Source: Eledone cirrhosa
Lineage: Eukaryota
Reading direction: 5' to 3'
Assembly (NCBI GenBank): GCA_964016885.1
Contig: OZ024746.1
Span: 20,336,001-20,400,000, forward strand
DNA: 64,000 bases
The notes beneath the pieces were generated by a model, which was given only the letters and a program-made list of their open reading frames with translations, was not told where the DNA came from and ran no database searches. Shown here in pieces: positions 36,501 to 48,930 of this stretch; the first letter of the stretch is position 1; each line of letters starts with the position of its first letter. Position numbers and translations under genes: made by a program.

Positions 36501-37337
36501 CCTCCTTACACCCAAGCATTTCTTGATTCATTTCAACATCTTCACTTAATAATTCCTTCTTTTTGTGTTTTTTATTTTTCTTCTTCTTTTTCTTAATTTC
36601 TGTAGCTGAATCAATTGAAAACAGTAAATTAGATTTCACAGTGGAACAATAAGTATTTTAAGGTCATTTTCCCTACTAATCCAATCTAGGGCCTTCTCAC
36701 TACTGATGGAGGAACCCCTCCTTGGTTGATCTCCATGACTTTCTGTTTGGTTTTGACCATGTCAGGGGTAAAGCCATATTCACCACGCTTGACAAATTGC
36801 GAGTTGGTGAGCTCTTTGTCTTTTGTGCTGCTGGCATTCCAGTTACTCTCCTCACCAGACCACTGTTTTTATCCACAAAATAATAGTCACTTTTTTCTTT
36901 TATCGAAGTAAACACCCAGTATATTCTGTAAATTGGTTGGTATTAAGAAGGGCACCAGCCATAGAAAGCTGGCCAAAAAGAGGGTTAGGAGTGCCTAAGC
37001 TTCTCAGTTGGAACACATAATAGAGTAATATATAAATGTAACATGGTTGGCATTAGAAAGGGCATCTAGCCATAGAAACCAAGTCAAAATACAGATCCGT
37101 ATGAGGAAAATATGGTCTCCGGACCTGACTTATATTATTATGTGACAACTCATCTAACTCATGCAAGCATTTAATGGACATTAAATGATGATGCTGACTA
37201 TATTTAAATAAACTCACGATCTTCAATGCCATTTTCTTCATTTAAATCATTCTGTTTATTATTAACATCAGCTGTAACTAATCCCTCATCTGCATGTCTT
37301 TTACTCTTTTTCCTTTTTCTACTTTTATTCTCTGCAC
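15521..37337 (-). CDS. UBTF: Nucleolar transcription factor 1 / upstream binding factor (UBF)-like HMG-box protein, 15 coding exons, 5' end not located
   Basis: Minus-strand exons 37337-37218, 36605-36480, 34450-34397, 33557-33391, 31338-31282, 29705-29683, 28434-28344, 26268-26158, 25043-24928, 23595-23454, 22500-22408, 21310-21294, 20462-20442, 18946-18775 and 15538-15521 chain in frame (1328 nt, ~441 aa) with GT-AG sites. UBF dimerisation-domain pattern WPKSDILKLL..NLL...WKSVEF...ECK...IRKTRTMLE, followed by three HMG boxes including the UBF-typical LTKIEQK...GVPDRPCSNSFGLF linker. Confidence 0.82.
16005..17371 (-). mobile_element. RTE-clade LINE fragment, same family as the 42.5-kb copy, frameshifted and truncated at both ends
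   Basis: ORFs 16976-17401, 16528-17127 and 15945-16517 carry [27 protein letters not shown] and YADD in three frames. Confidence 0.93.
18168..18705 (+). mobile_element. Non-autonomous Helitron with RepHel remnant
   Basis: 5' A|TC; 3' hairpin CCCAGGCAAAGCCGGG followed by CTAG|T; internal peptide SKHFRNNMR...FQMMSFGA...TFKIQGQCY..IGSL typical of Helitron RepHel. Confidence 0.85.
18775..18946 (-). CDS. UBF-like exon, HMG box C
   Basis: acttag|A AAT AAC TTT GCG...GAA AAT|gtaatt; NNFALYYREQKDSLPDLSKSEKHKALQERWKLLPKVVRETYNKQKKKIEKQCIKEEN. Confidence 0.82.
19530..19920 (+). mobile_element. Decayed RTE reverse-transcriptase fragment
   Basis: IPLYKGKGD..C, YRAVKVLEHGMKI, VKIDEM, TDAIF remnants. Confidence 0.65.
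20442..20462 (-). CDS. UBF-like microexon (21 nt)
   Basis: tatccag|GAAAACGAATAAGCATCCAGC|gtaagt; QKTNKHPA; phase 2-2. Confidence 0.65.
20716..20985 (+). mobile_element. CORE-like SINE with second tail type; copies at 37430-37710 (-) and 55130-55270 (-)
   Basis: Core TTGAGCAA..TTTATTTCATGTTGCTCCAG followed by GGTTTAAC.CTG..ATG.ACTGG...TACTCTCAGTCACTTAA...CCTGATGA.CCTCTGGGCT. Confidence 0.75.
21294..21310 (-). CDS. UBF-like microexon (17 nt)
   Basis: ttcatag|GATCAACAGAAATTTCA|gtaagt; DQQKF+; phase 0-2. Confidence 0.65.
22408..22500 (-). CDS. UBF-like exon, end of HMG box B
   Basis: ttttag|GAA AAA CAA...GTA AAG|gtaggc; EKQTYQTKLTEYVTKLSPEDCLLSVNSKLVK. An alternative in-frame donor 6 nt earlier is possible. 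Confidence 0.75.
23119..23316. mobile_element. Tc1/mariner-type MITE
   Basis: TA-flanked imperfect ~31-bp TIRs: CAAGGATCAGCTGAAAGGTCCATAGGCTGAC / GTAAGCCTATGAACCTTTCAGCCAAACCTTG. Confidence 0.75.
23454..23595 (-). CDS. UBTF: UBF-like exon, HMG box B
   Basis: ttgtag|C AAT AGT TTT...AAA TTG|gtatag; SNSFGLFVKVSKHLLPGVSGTERLRGLSKIYNDLPAAVKEDYENRIKL. Confidence 0.82.
24193..24630 (+). mobile_element. piggyBac-like element 5' end with acidic transposase N-terminus, fused to an RTE 3' fragment (24635-24852)
   Basis: TTAA|CCCTTTCG terminus, subterminal CCGCCCAAAA repeats, ORF MDTNFIQSSSESEFEGFS...SESESS. Confidence 0.6.
24928..25043 (-). CDS. UBTF: UBF-like exon, inter-box linker
   Basis: ttatag|GAG CAG...TGC AG|gtaaaa; EQVGEYRKIHPLFVAKPILTKIEQKIHFKTIGVPDRPC. 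Confidence 0.82.
25673..26044 (+). mobile_element. CORE-like tRNA SINE with RTE-LINE-derived 3' tail
   Basis: tRNA-like head, CCTTGAGCAAGACACTTTA core, then a tail nearly identical to the LINE 3' UTR at 44675-44941 ending in (GAT)n. Confidence 0.85.
26158..26268 (-). CDS. UBTF: UBF-like exon, HMG box A C-half (111 nt, phase 0-0)
   Basis: tttcag|CTC CGA...TAC CTT|gtaagt; LRQIEILNHVSKQWLSLDDKKKGKYISQALAGEKKYL. Confidence 0.87.
27796..28020 (+). mobile_element. Tc1/mariner-derived MITE
   Basis: 22-bp TIRs CAGGGYRTATCAAAAAGAATCA; internal transposase C-terminus RVWDQFEYHVDVCHVSGGGYSEHL*. Confidence 0.8.
28344..28434 (-). CDS. UBTF: UBF-like exon, HMG box A N-half
   Basis: tttcag|T GGC AAA...CCT GAA|gtaagt; GKALTKPKPITPLKLYMESHYKKFSKKNPE. 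Confidence 0.82.
29412..29600. repeat. 96-bp tandem duplication
   Basis: ACATAGAATTATTAATTG...TTTAGGTAAAAGG at 29412 and 29508. Confidence 0.9.
29683..29705 (-). CDS. UBF-like microexon (23 nt)
   Basis: ttttcag|ACGTTAACGACAGTTTCAGTATC|gtatgt; supplies the phase 0 to 2 change needed between the neighbouring exons. Confidence 0.7.
29813..30003 (+). mobile_element. tRNA-derived SINE, Meta-domain-like family (young copy). Other copies at about 2213-2430, 3665-3890, 5325-5590, 5960-6250(-), 21625-21770, 26786-26968(-), 30385-30700, 31451-31665, 33856-34230(-, tandem), 50210-50440(-), 51140-51330, 55886-55999
   Basis: A box TGGCAGTATCGG, B box GAGTTCAAATCC, central GCCTTTCATCCTTACGGGGTCGATAAAATAAAGTACCAG, tail GGCCTTGTGCCAAAAGTAGAAACAATTATT. 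Confidence 0.85.
31282..31338 (-). CDS. UBTF: UBF-like exon, end of dimerisation domain
   Basis: tttaag|ATT CGC AAG...TTA CCG|gtaaat; IRKTRTMLEIVKEAIELLP (cf. vertebrate VRKFRTLTELILDAQE, recalled). Confidence 0.82.
32120..33345 (+). mobile_element. Decayed RTE LINE of a second (Rex3/Expander-like) family
   Basis: Frameshifted remnants: VIIPIFKKGD, KVYARCLAKRCR, FVDL, QVEKFKY, YGHESWVMT, RPRARWMDNIHELGW; (GAA)n tail. Confidence 0.85.
33391..33557 (-). CDS. UBTF: UBF-like exon, dimerisation domain
   Basis: tttcag|AA AAT CGA ATA TGG...TCA AAA|gtaagt; KNRIWPKSDILKLLVSIETNLL...IWKSVEFDSYTHVECKAMYKLAVSK. Confidence 0.82.
33568..33768. repeat. 53-bp tandem repeat, ~4 copies
   Basis: CATAAAATGGATTTAGAAAAACAGCTTG...AACTTTACATGTTAAAATCTT starting at 33568, 33622, 33675 and 33728. 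Confidence 0.9.
34397..34450 (-). CDS. UBF-like exon (54 nt)
   Basis: ttgaag|AT GTA AAT...TCA A|gtaagt; NVNIEKKESGEFNEFLKS; phase 1-1. Confidence 0.65.
34495..35040 (+). mobile_element. RTE LINE 3' fragment (32-kb family); related fragments at 25095-25450 (+) and 58245-58650 (-)
   Basis: Shared motifs GCTGAAATGGGGTTCCTC, GAGCCACTACTTCTC, GCAAGATGGTTGGATAAC, GGAATAAGTGGG plus GAA tail. Confidence 0.8.
35270..35720 (+). mobile_element. Decayed RTE 3' fragment with (GAT)n tail
   Basis: MLDGSETWAV..RLEGNE, ELKEKLG, RLC.YGH; ends CCAACCCATGCAAGC...GATGATGAT. Confidence 0.75.
36480..36605 (-). CDS. UBF-like exon, basic N-terminal repeat 2
   Basis: attcag|CT ACA...GAG GAA A|gtgagt; PTEIKKKKKKNKKHKKKELLSEDVEMNQEMLGCKEDGIEAEE; phase 1-1. 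Confidence 0.7.
37218..37337 (-). CDS. UBF-like exon, basic N-terminal repeat 1
   Basis: ttttcag|GT GCA GAG...GAA GAT C|gtgagt; AENKSRKRKKSKRHADEGLVTADVNNKQNDLNEENGIED; phase 1-1. Confidence 0.7.
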
Positions 37338-38066
37338 CTGAAAATAACAAATTCATTAAAAAATATATTATTACTGATAATCTATCATAATTACACTATA
37401 TACTAAAATATTGATTTAGTCTATGTCGAAAAATCCTTCCATCTACCTCAAGCCCAGAGGTTCATCAGGTCAGTGTGTATCTCGGTTTCCATGGCATTAA
37501 GTGACTGAGAGTACAAGACTCCTCCTGGACAGGACACCAGTTCATCACAGGGTTAAACCCCCAGCTATTGCTGGTACTCATTTTTAGCTGAGTATACTGG
37601 AGCAACATAAAATGAAGTGTTTTACACAACACACAACTCAGTCCAGGAATCGAACCAACAACATTATGCTTATAAGTTCAACACACTTACCACAAGGCCA
37701 TGTGCCTCCACTAGTCTAACTATGCAAAAGGTAAATTTTCATAAAATAGAGGTACAACTGATAGCATCAATCCTATTAAACTTTTTGCCTGGCTCAAATC
37801 CTTGCAACAGAATGAATACCAATATTGGTACTCAAGGGCTTGGTGGCAATAGAGTAAGTCTGCCACCTCAAATAAATGTAAAGTTGATCTGTACAGAAAT
37901 GAAACTAAATATAGTAAATAAAATTAGTTGAGTCTTCTACCATTCCTGCCAACTGTCTGTCTTCAAAGAACCCTACTTACAGCAATGAGCTAGTAGTCAA
38001 AATATAACATTATTTATTAAAGCCACAATTGCTTATGCAGATAGATTTAACCCTTTTGTTACTATA

Positions 38067-38236
38067 TCTATAATATTATAAAGCTGAGTGTCGTGTGTAT
38101 GTATTATGTATGTATCCTACACACCTCCCTATAGTTTCTTAGCTTTACTCTCTCCGTCGCTCTTCCCTCTCTCTATAATTTAACTGCTTTACTCTCTCTG
38201 CCGATCTTCCCTCTCTCTATAATAGATCATTCCCCC
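38067..38236 (+). mobile_element. Possible Helitron 5' end running into the gap
   Basis: A|TCTATAATATTATAAAGCTGAGTGTCGTGTGTATGTA resembles non-autonomous Helitron 5' termini; followed by a short internal tandem repeat. Confidence 0.4.
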
Positions 38237-38436
38237 NNNNNNNNNNNNNNNNNNNNNNNNNNNNNNNNNNNNNNNNNNNNNNNNNNNNNNNNNNNNNNNN
38301 NNNNNNNNNNNNNNNNNNNNNNNNNNNNNNNNNNNNNNNNNNNNNNNNNNNNNNNNNNNNNNNNNNNNNNNNNNNNNNNNNNNNNNNNNNNNNNNNNNNN
38401 NNNNNNNNNNNNNNNNNNNNNNNNNNNNNNNNNNNN
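38237..38436. other. Assembly gap (200 N)
   Basis: Run of n. Confidence 0.99.
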
Positions 38437-42497
<4,061 letters not shown>

Positions 42498-42499
42498 AA

Positions 42500-44941
42500 A
42501 AAATAACTTACTAGAGGCGACGGATGAGGTTTGTGGCTGGAGTAAGACCTCAAGCAGGAGGAGAGTGACTTGGTGGTGGAACAATAAGGTAGATGAAGCA
42601 GTCAAGGCCAAGAGACAGGCATGGAAAGAATGGAAGAACGGGGGGAGCAGGGTACATTACATAGAGACCAAGAGGGAAGCTAGGCGACAAGTATACTTAG
42701 CTAGGAGGGAAGCAGAGGATAGAAAATTCAAGCATGTTTTACAACGTGAGGACCAGAAACAGGAGGTATTCAAGATTGCGAGGCAGTGTGTCAGAGATAG
42801 TTGTGATGTCATTGGAGAGAAGTGTATCCGGAATGATAAAGGTGAGCTTGCCCTCACAAGTGCTGAGAAGAAAGATGCATGGAAGAGTCATTATGATAGA
42901 TTACTAAATGAGGAGAATGCATGGGAAGAAGAGACCCTACCCCACGTAGACCCTATAGAGGGACCAGCAGTACAAGTCAGCGGCAGCGTAGTAAGTAAGG
43001 CAATCAGAGATATGAAGATAGGGAAGGCAACCGGTCCATCGGGTATAGCTGCCGAGATGCTGAAGGCATCTGGGTCTGTAGGTCACACTATAACCACACG
43101 TATCGTTAACCAGGTAATACTAGAGGGGGCCATACCAAAAGATTGGTGCAGTAGCATCATTGTCAACTGCTACAAAGGTAAAGGCGATGCACTAGATAGA
43201 GGAAACTATAGAGGTATAAAGTTGATGGACCAGGTCATGAAAGTAACAGAAAGAGTTATAGCACAGCTGATTAGGGACCGGGTGAATATAGACGAGATGC
43301 AATTTGGGTTTGTTCCAGGGAAAGGCACCACTGATGCGCTCTTCCTTGTGAGGCAATTACAGGAAAAGTACCTAGCTAAAAGTAAGCCACTCTACTTGGC
43401 ATTTGTCGACCTTGAGAAAGCCTTTGACAGAGTTCCACGTGCAGTAATCTGGTGGGCTCTTAGAAAACTAGGAGTAGATGAATGGCTTGTGAAAGCGGTA
43501 CAAGCCATGTATAGGGGAGCAGTCAGCAAAGTTAGGATTGGCAATGAGTATAGCGAGGAATTTAGCGTACAGGTTGGGGTCCACCAGGGCTCTGTTCTTA
43601 GCCCTCTCCTGTTCATCATAGTCCTGCAGGCAATAACGGAGGAGTTTAAGACCGGATGCCCATGGGAACTCCTGTATGCTGATGACCTCGCACTCATAGC
43701 TGAATCTATGGTAGAACTAGAGAATAAATTCCAAACCTGGAAGCAGGGACTAGAGAGAAAGGGCCTCAAAGTCAACATGACAAAGACTAAGGTCCTTATA
43801 AGTAGACGAGAAAACAGAACCCAGATCCCCTCAGGGAAATGGCCTTGCTCAGTATGTAGGAAAGGTGTAGGTAGGAACTCCATTCTTTGCCCCAAATGCA
43901 AACAATGGGTACACAAGAGATGTAGCGGGATCTCAGGAAGCTTAATTAAGAATGTAGGATTCACATGCAGCAGCTGTGCTGAAACAGCAAGCAAACAGCC
44001 ACAGGAAACAAGTACCACCAATCTCTGGGAGGGCCCTGTAGAAACAGTAGACAGCTTCTGCTACCTAGGTGACCGAATTAGCAACGGAGGTGGGTGCTCA
44101 GAAAGTACAATAACTAGGGTAAGAACGGGATGGAAGAAGTTTAGGGAACTACTACCACTGCTAGCTGCAAAAGGCTTCTCCCTCAGAATGAAAGGCAGAC
44201 TGTATGATGCGTGTATCCGAACAGCGATGTTGCATGGTAGTGAGACCTGGGCGCTGAAGGTGGAAGACTTACGTAGATTAGAGAGAAACGAAGCCTGCAT
44301 GCTCCGATGGATGTGTAACAGTAATATACGTGAACGACAAAGCATAAATGAATTGAGAGAGAGACTGAGCATAAGAGGAATCAAATGCTGCGTGCAGGAG
44401 AGGCGGTTACGCTGGTATGGACATGTGATGCGTATGAAGGATGACAGCTGCATAAAAAGGTGCAGAGCACTAGAAGTTGATGGAAACCGCGGAGTGGGGA
44501 GACCCAAGATGACTTGGGATGAGGTGATAAAAGCCGACCTTACCCAACTACACCTCTCAAAGTCAATGACACACGACCGTGACTTCTGGCGTCACGCAGT
44601 AATACAGGGTACCCGACCTCCCATGGGTACATGCTGAAGCATATAAACAATATGCCCCCCCCCCCCCCACCGCAAGGTGGTCGTGGAGGTGCCACGGCAA
44701 AAAAGCACCCAGCCCACACTGTAAAGTGGACGTGTAGGCGCCACGAAAAAGCACCCAGCACTCACTGTAAATGAGGTTGGTGTTAGGAAGGGCATCCAGC
44801 TGTAGAAATCAAGCCAGATCAGTTCCTGTATGAGCAAGGCATGGTCAGCCGACCAGACACTGCCCACAACAGGACAACCCGTCTAACCCATGCTAGCGTG
44901 GAAGAACGGACGTAAAACGGTGATGATGATGATGATGATGA
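42500..44941 (+). mobile_element. RTE-clade LINE, 5'-truncated, intact RT ORF (~42500-44637), 3' UTR and (GAT)n tail
   Basis: Uninterrupted frame with [56 protein letters not shown]; ends GATGATGATG; flanked by (TA)n on both sides. Confidence 0.95.
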
Positions 44942-45015
44942 TATGTATATATATATATATGTGTATATATATATATATGTATATATATATGTATATATAT
45001 ATGTATATATATATG

Positions 45016-45054
<39 letters not shown>

Positions 45055-45181
45055 GTATATATATATGTATATATATATGTATATATATATGTATATATAT
45101 GTATATATATATGTATATATATATGTATATATATGTATATATATGTATATATATATGTATATATATATATGTGTATATATG

Positions 45182-45230
<49 letters not shown>

Positions 45231-45289
45231 GTATATATGTATATATATGTATATATATGTATGTATATATATGTATATATGTATATATG

Positions 45290-45323
<34 letters not shown>

Positions 45324-45377
45324 TGTATGTATATATATATATATGTATATATGTATATATGTATATATGTATATATG

Positions 45378-45408
<31 letters not shown>

Positions 45409-45441
45409 GTATATATGTATATATGTATATATGTATATATG

Positions 45442-45520
<79 letters not shown>

Positions 45521-45587
45521 GTATATATATGTATATGTATATATATGTATATATGTATATATGTATATATGTATATATGTATATATG

Positions 45588-45634
<47 letters not shown>

Positions 45635-45651
45635 GTATATATATGTATATG

Positions 45652-45698
<47 letters not shown>

Positions 45699-45833
45699 GT
45701 ATATATATGTATATGTATATATATGTATATGTATATACATATATATGTATATACATATATATGTATATACATATATATGTATATACATATATATATGTAT
45801 GTATATACATATATATATATACACATATATATA
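44942..45833. repeat. (TA)n/(TATG) microsatellite
   Basis: Directly follows the LINE (GAT)n tail. Confidence 0.95.
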
Positions 45834-46275
45834 AACGCCGTGAGCGTTATATTATCTGCATGATGTGGAAAATGTTCCATCATCACTGCCCAAATGATGT
45901 TGGCATCGCCTTCAAGATACACCCAAGGCTTGGGCCCAGTGCTATCCGTCCCATTCAAAAATCTAAATCGCAACTCATAACAACAATACGGCACAATTAT
46001 TTCACCTGAATCGGCCCTGCTCTCTTCAACATCACACCAGGACACGTCAAAACAGAAACTGACCACACAAAATTCAAGAAGTCTTTGGACAAATTCCTCC
46101 AAGTAATCCCGGACAAACCACCCACACCCGGATATGTCTCCGCAAACAGTAATTCTCTTCTCGAATGGGCCATGGTGCCCCAATCCTGAATTGAAAGACT
46201 TCGCCAGGTGGTGCTATTAAGTTAGACATGGCCTGGGCCAATACTGGCCAAAACATTTCAAAGTTATTCAAAGTT
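45834..46275 (+). mobile_element. CR1/L2-group LINE 3' end inserted in (TA)n
   Basis: [35 protein letters not shown]; tail TTCAAAGTTA x2. Confidence 0.8.
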
Positions 46276-46858
<583 letters not shown>

Positions 46859-46904
46859 GAATTCACAGGAATCAAAGTTATGTTCAAACCATTTAGTAGC
46901 TTAC

Positions 46905-46980
46905 AATTGTTTCATCCAAACCGAGGCTTGGAGTCTTTGGAGCATTATTTAATGTTTGTATACATTCATGACCTCCTTTC
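46905..46980 (-). CDS. Candidate upstream exon of the UBF-like gene (uncertain)
   Basis: tcttgcgtag|G AAA GGA GGT CAT...ACA ATT|gtaagc; open frame [25 protein letters not shown]. Its phase does not join directly to the 37337 exon, so another exon (perhaps in the gap) would be needed. Confidence 0.2.
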
Positions 46981-47749
46981 CTACGCAAGAGACATACAGA
47001 TACATATGTATATATTGATGCACAGTGGGGTGACATATATTATATTATTTCTGAATGGCAATTTAAATTCAAAAATTAAAATTATATTAAAACAGAATCA
47101 AAGCAAAATTAAAATACAACATTGGCAGTTAACGTAGATAATGCAAGAGGAAAGTTTGTTAGTCAGTTGTAGTAGTTATTGTATGCATTAGTTACACGTG
47201 GGGCATGCACGTGTGTCTTATTTATATATGATTGTGCGGCAGGGTGTTATATGCAATACAAGCACTTTAAGCGGGTAATCAAGAGTATTATGGAGGTTGT
47301 AGTGGTAAGGTATTTTTTGCGTATGTTAAAGAAACTTGTGTGCAAAGAAATAGTATAAATGAGAAGCAAAATAATGTCATGGTTTTTGTATACACCACCA
47401 TTTTCACAATTCAGGAGGCGTAATATATAGTTTATGTCCTTCACATAATTAACGATGATTCCGTATTGGATGTTTGATGTATTAAGTTAAATTATTATAG
47501 CTTGTTGCGGCTCGGTGTTCTTTAATCCAATTTAATAGAGCAGGTTGTTTCTGTTGCGAGAATTTACATCGTTTTATTATCCGGAAGTATGTGTGTGATT
47601 AAGGGGAGTTAATTCGTGAGGGGAGGTAACTAGCTGATTTCTATAACTAAATTTATTATTCCAACATACATTAAAAGGTGTCTCAATTGAGTCCCTTATA
47701 TATAAAGAACACTGAGCCGCAACAAGCTATAATAATTTAAAATCCACAT

Positions 47750-48930
47750 ACAGCCTGTGAGAAGACTGTAAAGTCAGAAGACTGCAAAGAGGCTTAATGT
47801 TTCGTAGCTGAAGAGCACTAGAGTTACAGAAAATTTTTGTAAAGAGCTAGAAAGTAGGATGTTAGGCACAGCCCAGGATGACTATACCAGCATTGAAGAG
47901 CTGTGGACAACTTTCAAAGATGCTGTCTACTCTACCATTCTTGAACACTGTAGACCTGCTATCAAGACTGGTTAAACAAGAATGACAAAAAGATATAATC
48001 ACCAAATGTTCAGAGAGCACCAGAATGATCTTGCATCAGTTAGAGAAAGATGTGTTCACTAATATTAGAAACTATGCAGGGTGTTTGGTTCAGCTACAAG
48101 GCCATTGAAATCCAGGCCTATGCAGACAGTCACAGCATCAAGTGTTTCTATGGTGCTTTGAAGGCAATCATGAACCCCCACTCCTATGGAACCTCTCCCC
48201 TCCTCAGTGCAGATGGAATTCAACTGCTGACAGAGAAAAAGCAAATTCAGAAAAGATGGTCTGAATATGTCAACCAGGTTCTCAACCACTCAGCCTCAAT
48301 CAATGATGAAACCATCGCTCGCCTACCACATGTGGCGATCAACCAGGACACCCCTCCCTTCCACAATGGAAGATGTCAGAAAAGCCAATCAGTTAGTTCT
48401 TTTTTAGTAAAGTACAAGGATCAGATATGATTTCTGCTGAAGTCTACAAAGCAGGGGACCAACTCAAGAAGAAGCAAAAGCTGACTTACCTATTTCAATC
48501 TATATGGAAAGAACGAAAAGTTCCGCAACAGTTGAAAGATGCCAGCATAGTTCACATAATTCACATCTGCAAAAGGGAAAGGCAATCGCTAGTCCTGTGA
48601 CAGTCACCGAGGCATCTCCCTCCTGTTCATAGCTGGAAGGATTTTTGCTCACATTCTGCTCATCTCCAATACCTTGAGCAAGGCCTCCACCTAGAAAGCC
48701 AGTATGGCGACTGTGCACAGCATTGTACTGCTATGATATTTGCTGTATGCCAGCTACAGAAAATCATTTGAAACTATCAGCAGAGATGGCCTATGGAAAA
48801 CAATGGAAAAGTTTGGCTGACATAGCAGGTTCATTATGGTTGCTCTGTAGTTCTATGATGGTATGATGGAGATGAGTCATGGTATGAAGCAAGGCTGCAT
48901 TCTCCCTCATACACTTTTCAGTATGGTCTT
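47750..48930 (+). mobile_element. Decayed RTE (BovB-like) LINE fragment
   Basis: IQAYADSH..FYGALKAI...SPLLSADG..LLTEK..I..RWSE...VLN, followed by KDASIV, RGISLL..AG and GMKQGCIL remnants. Confidence 0.8.
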
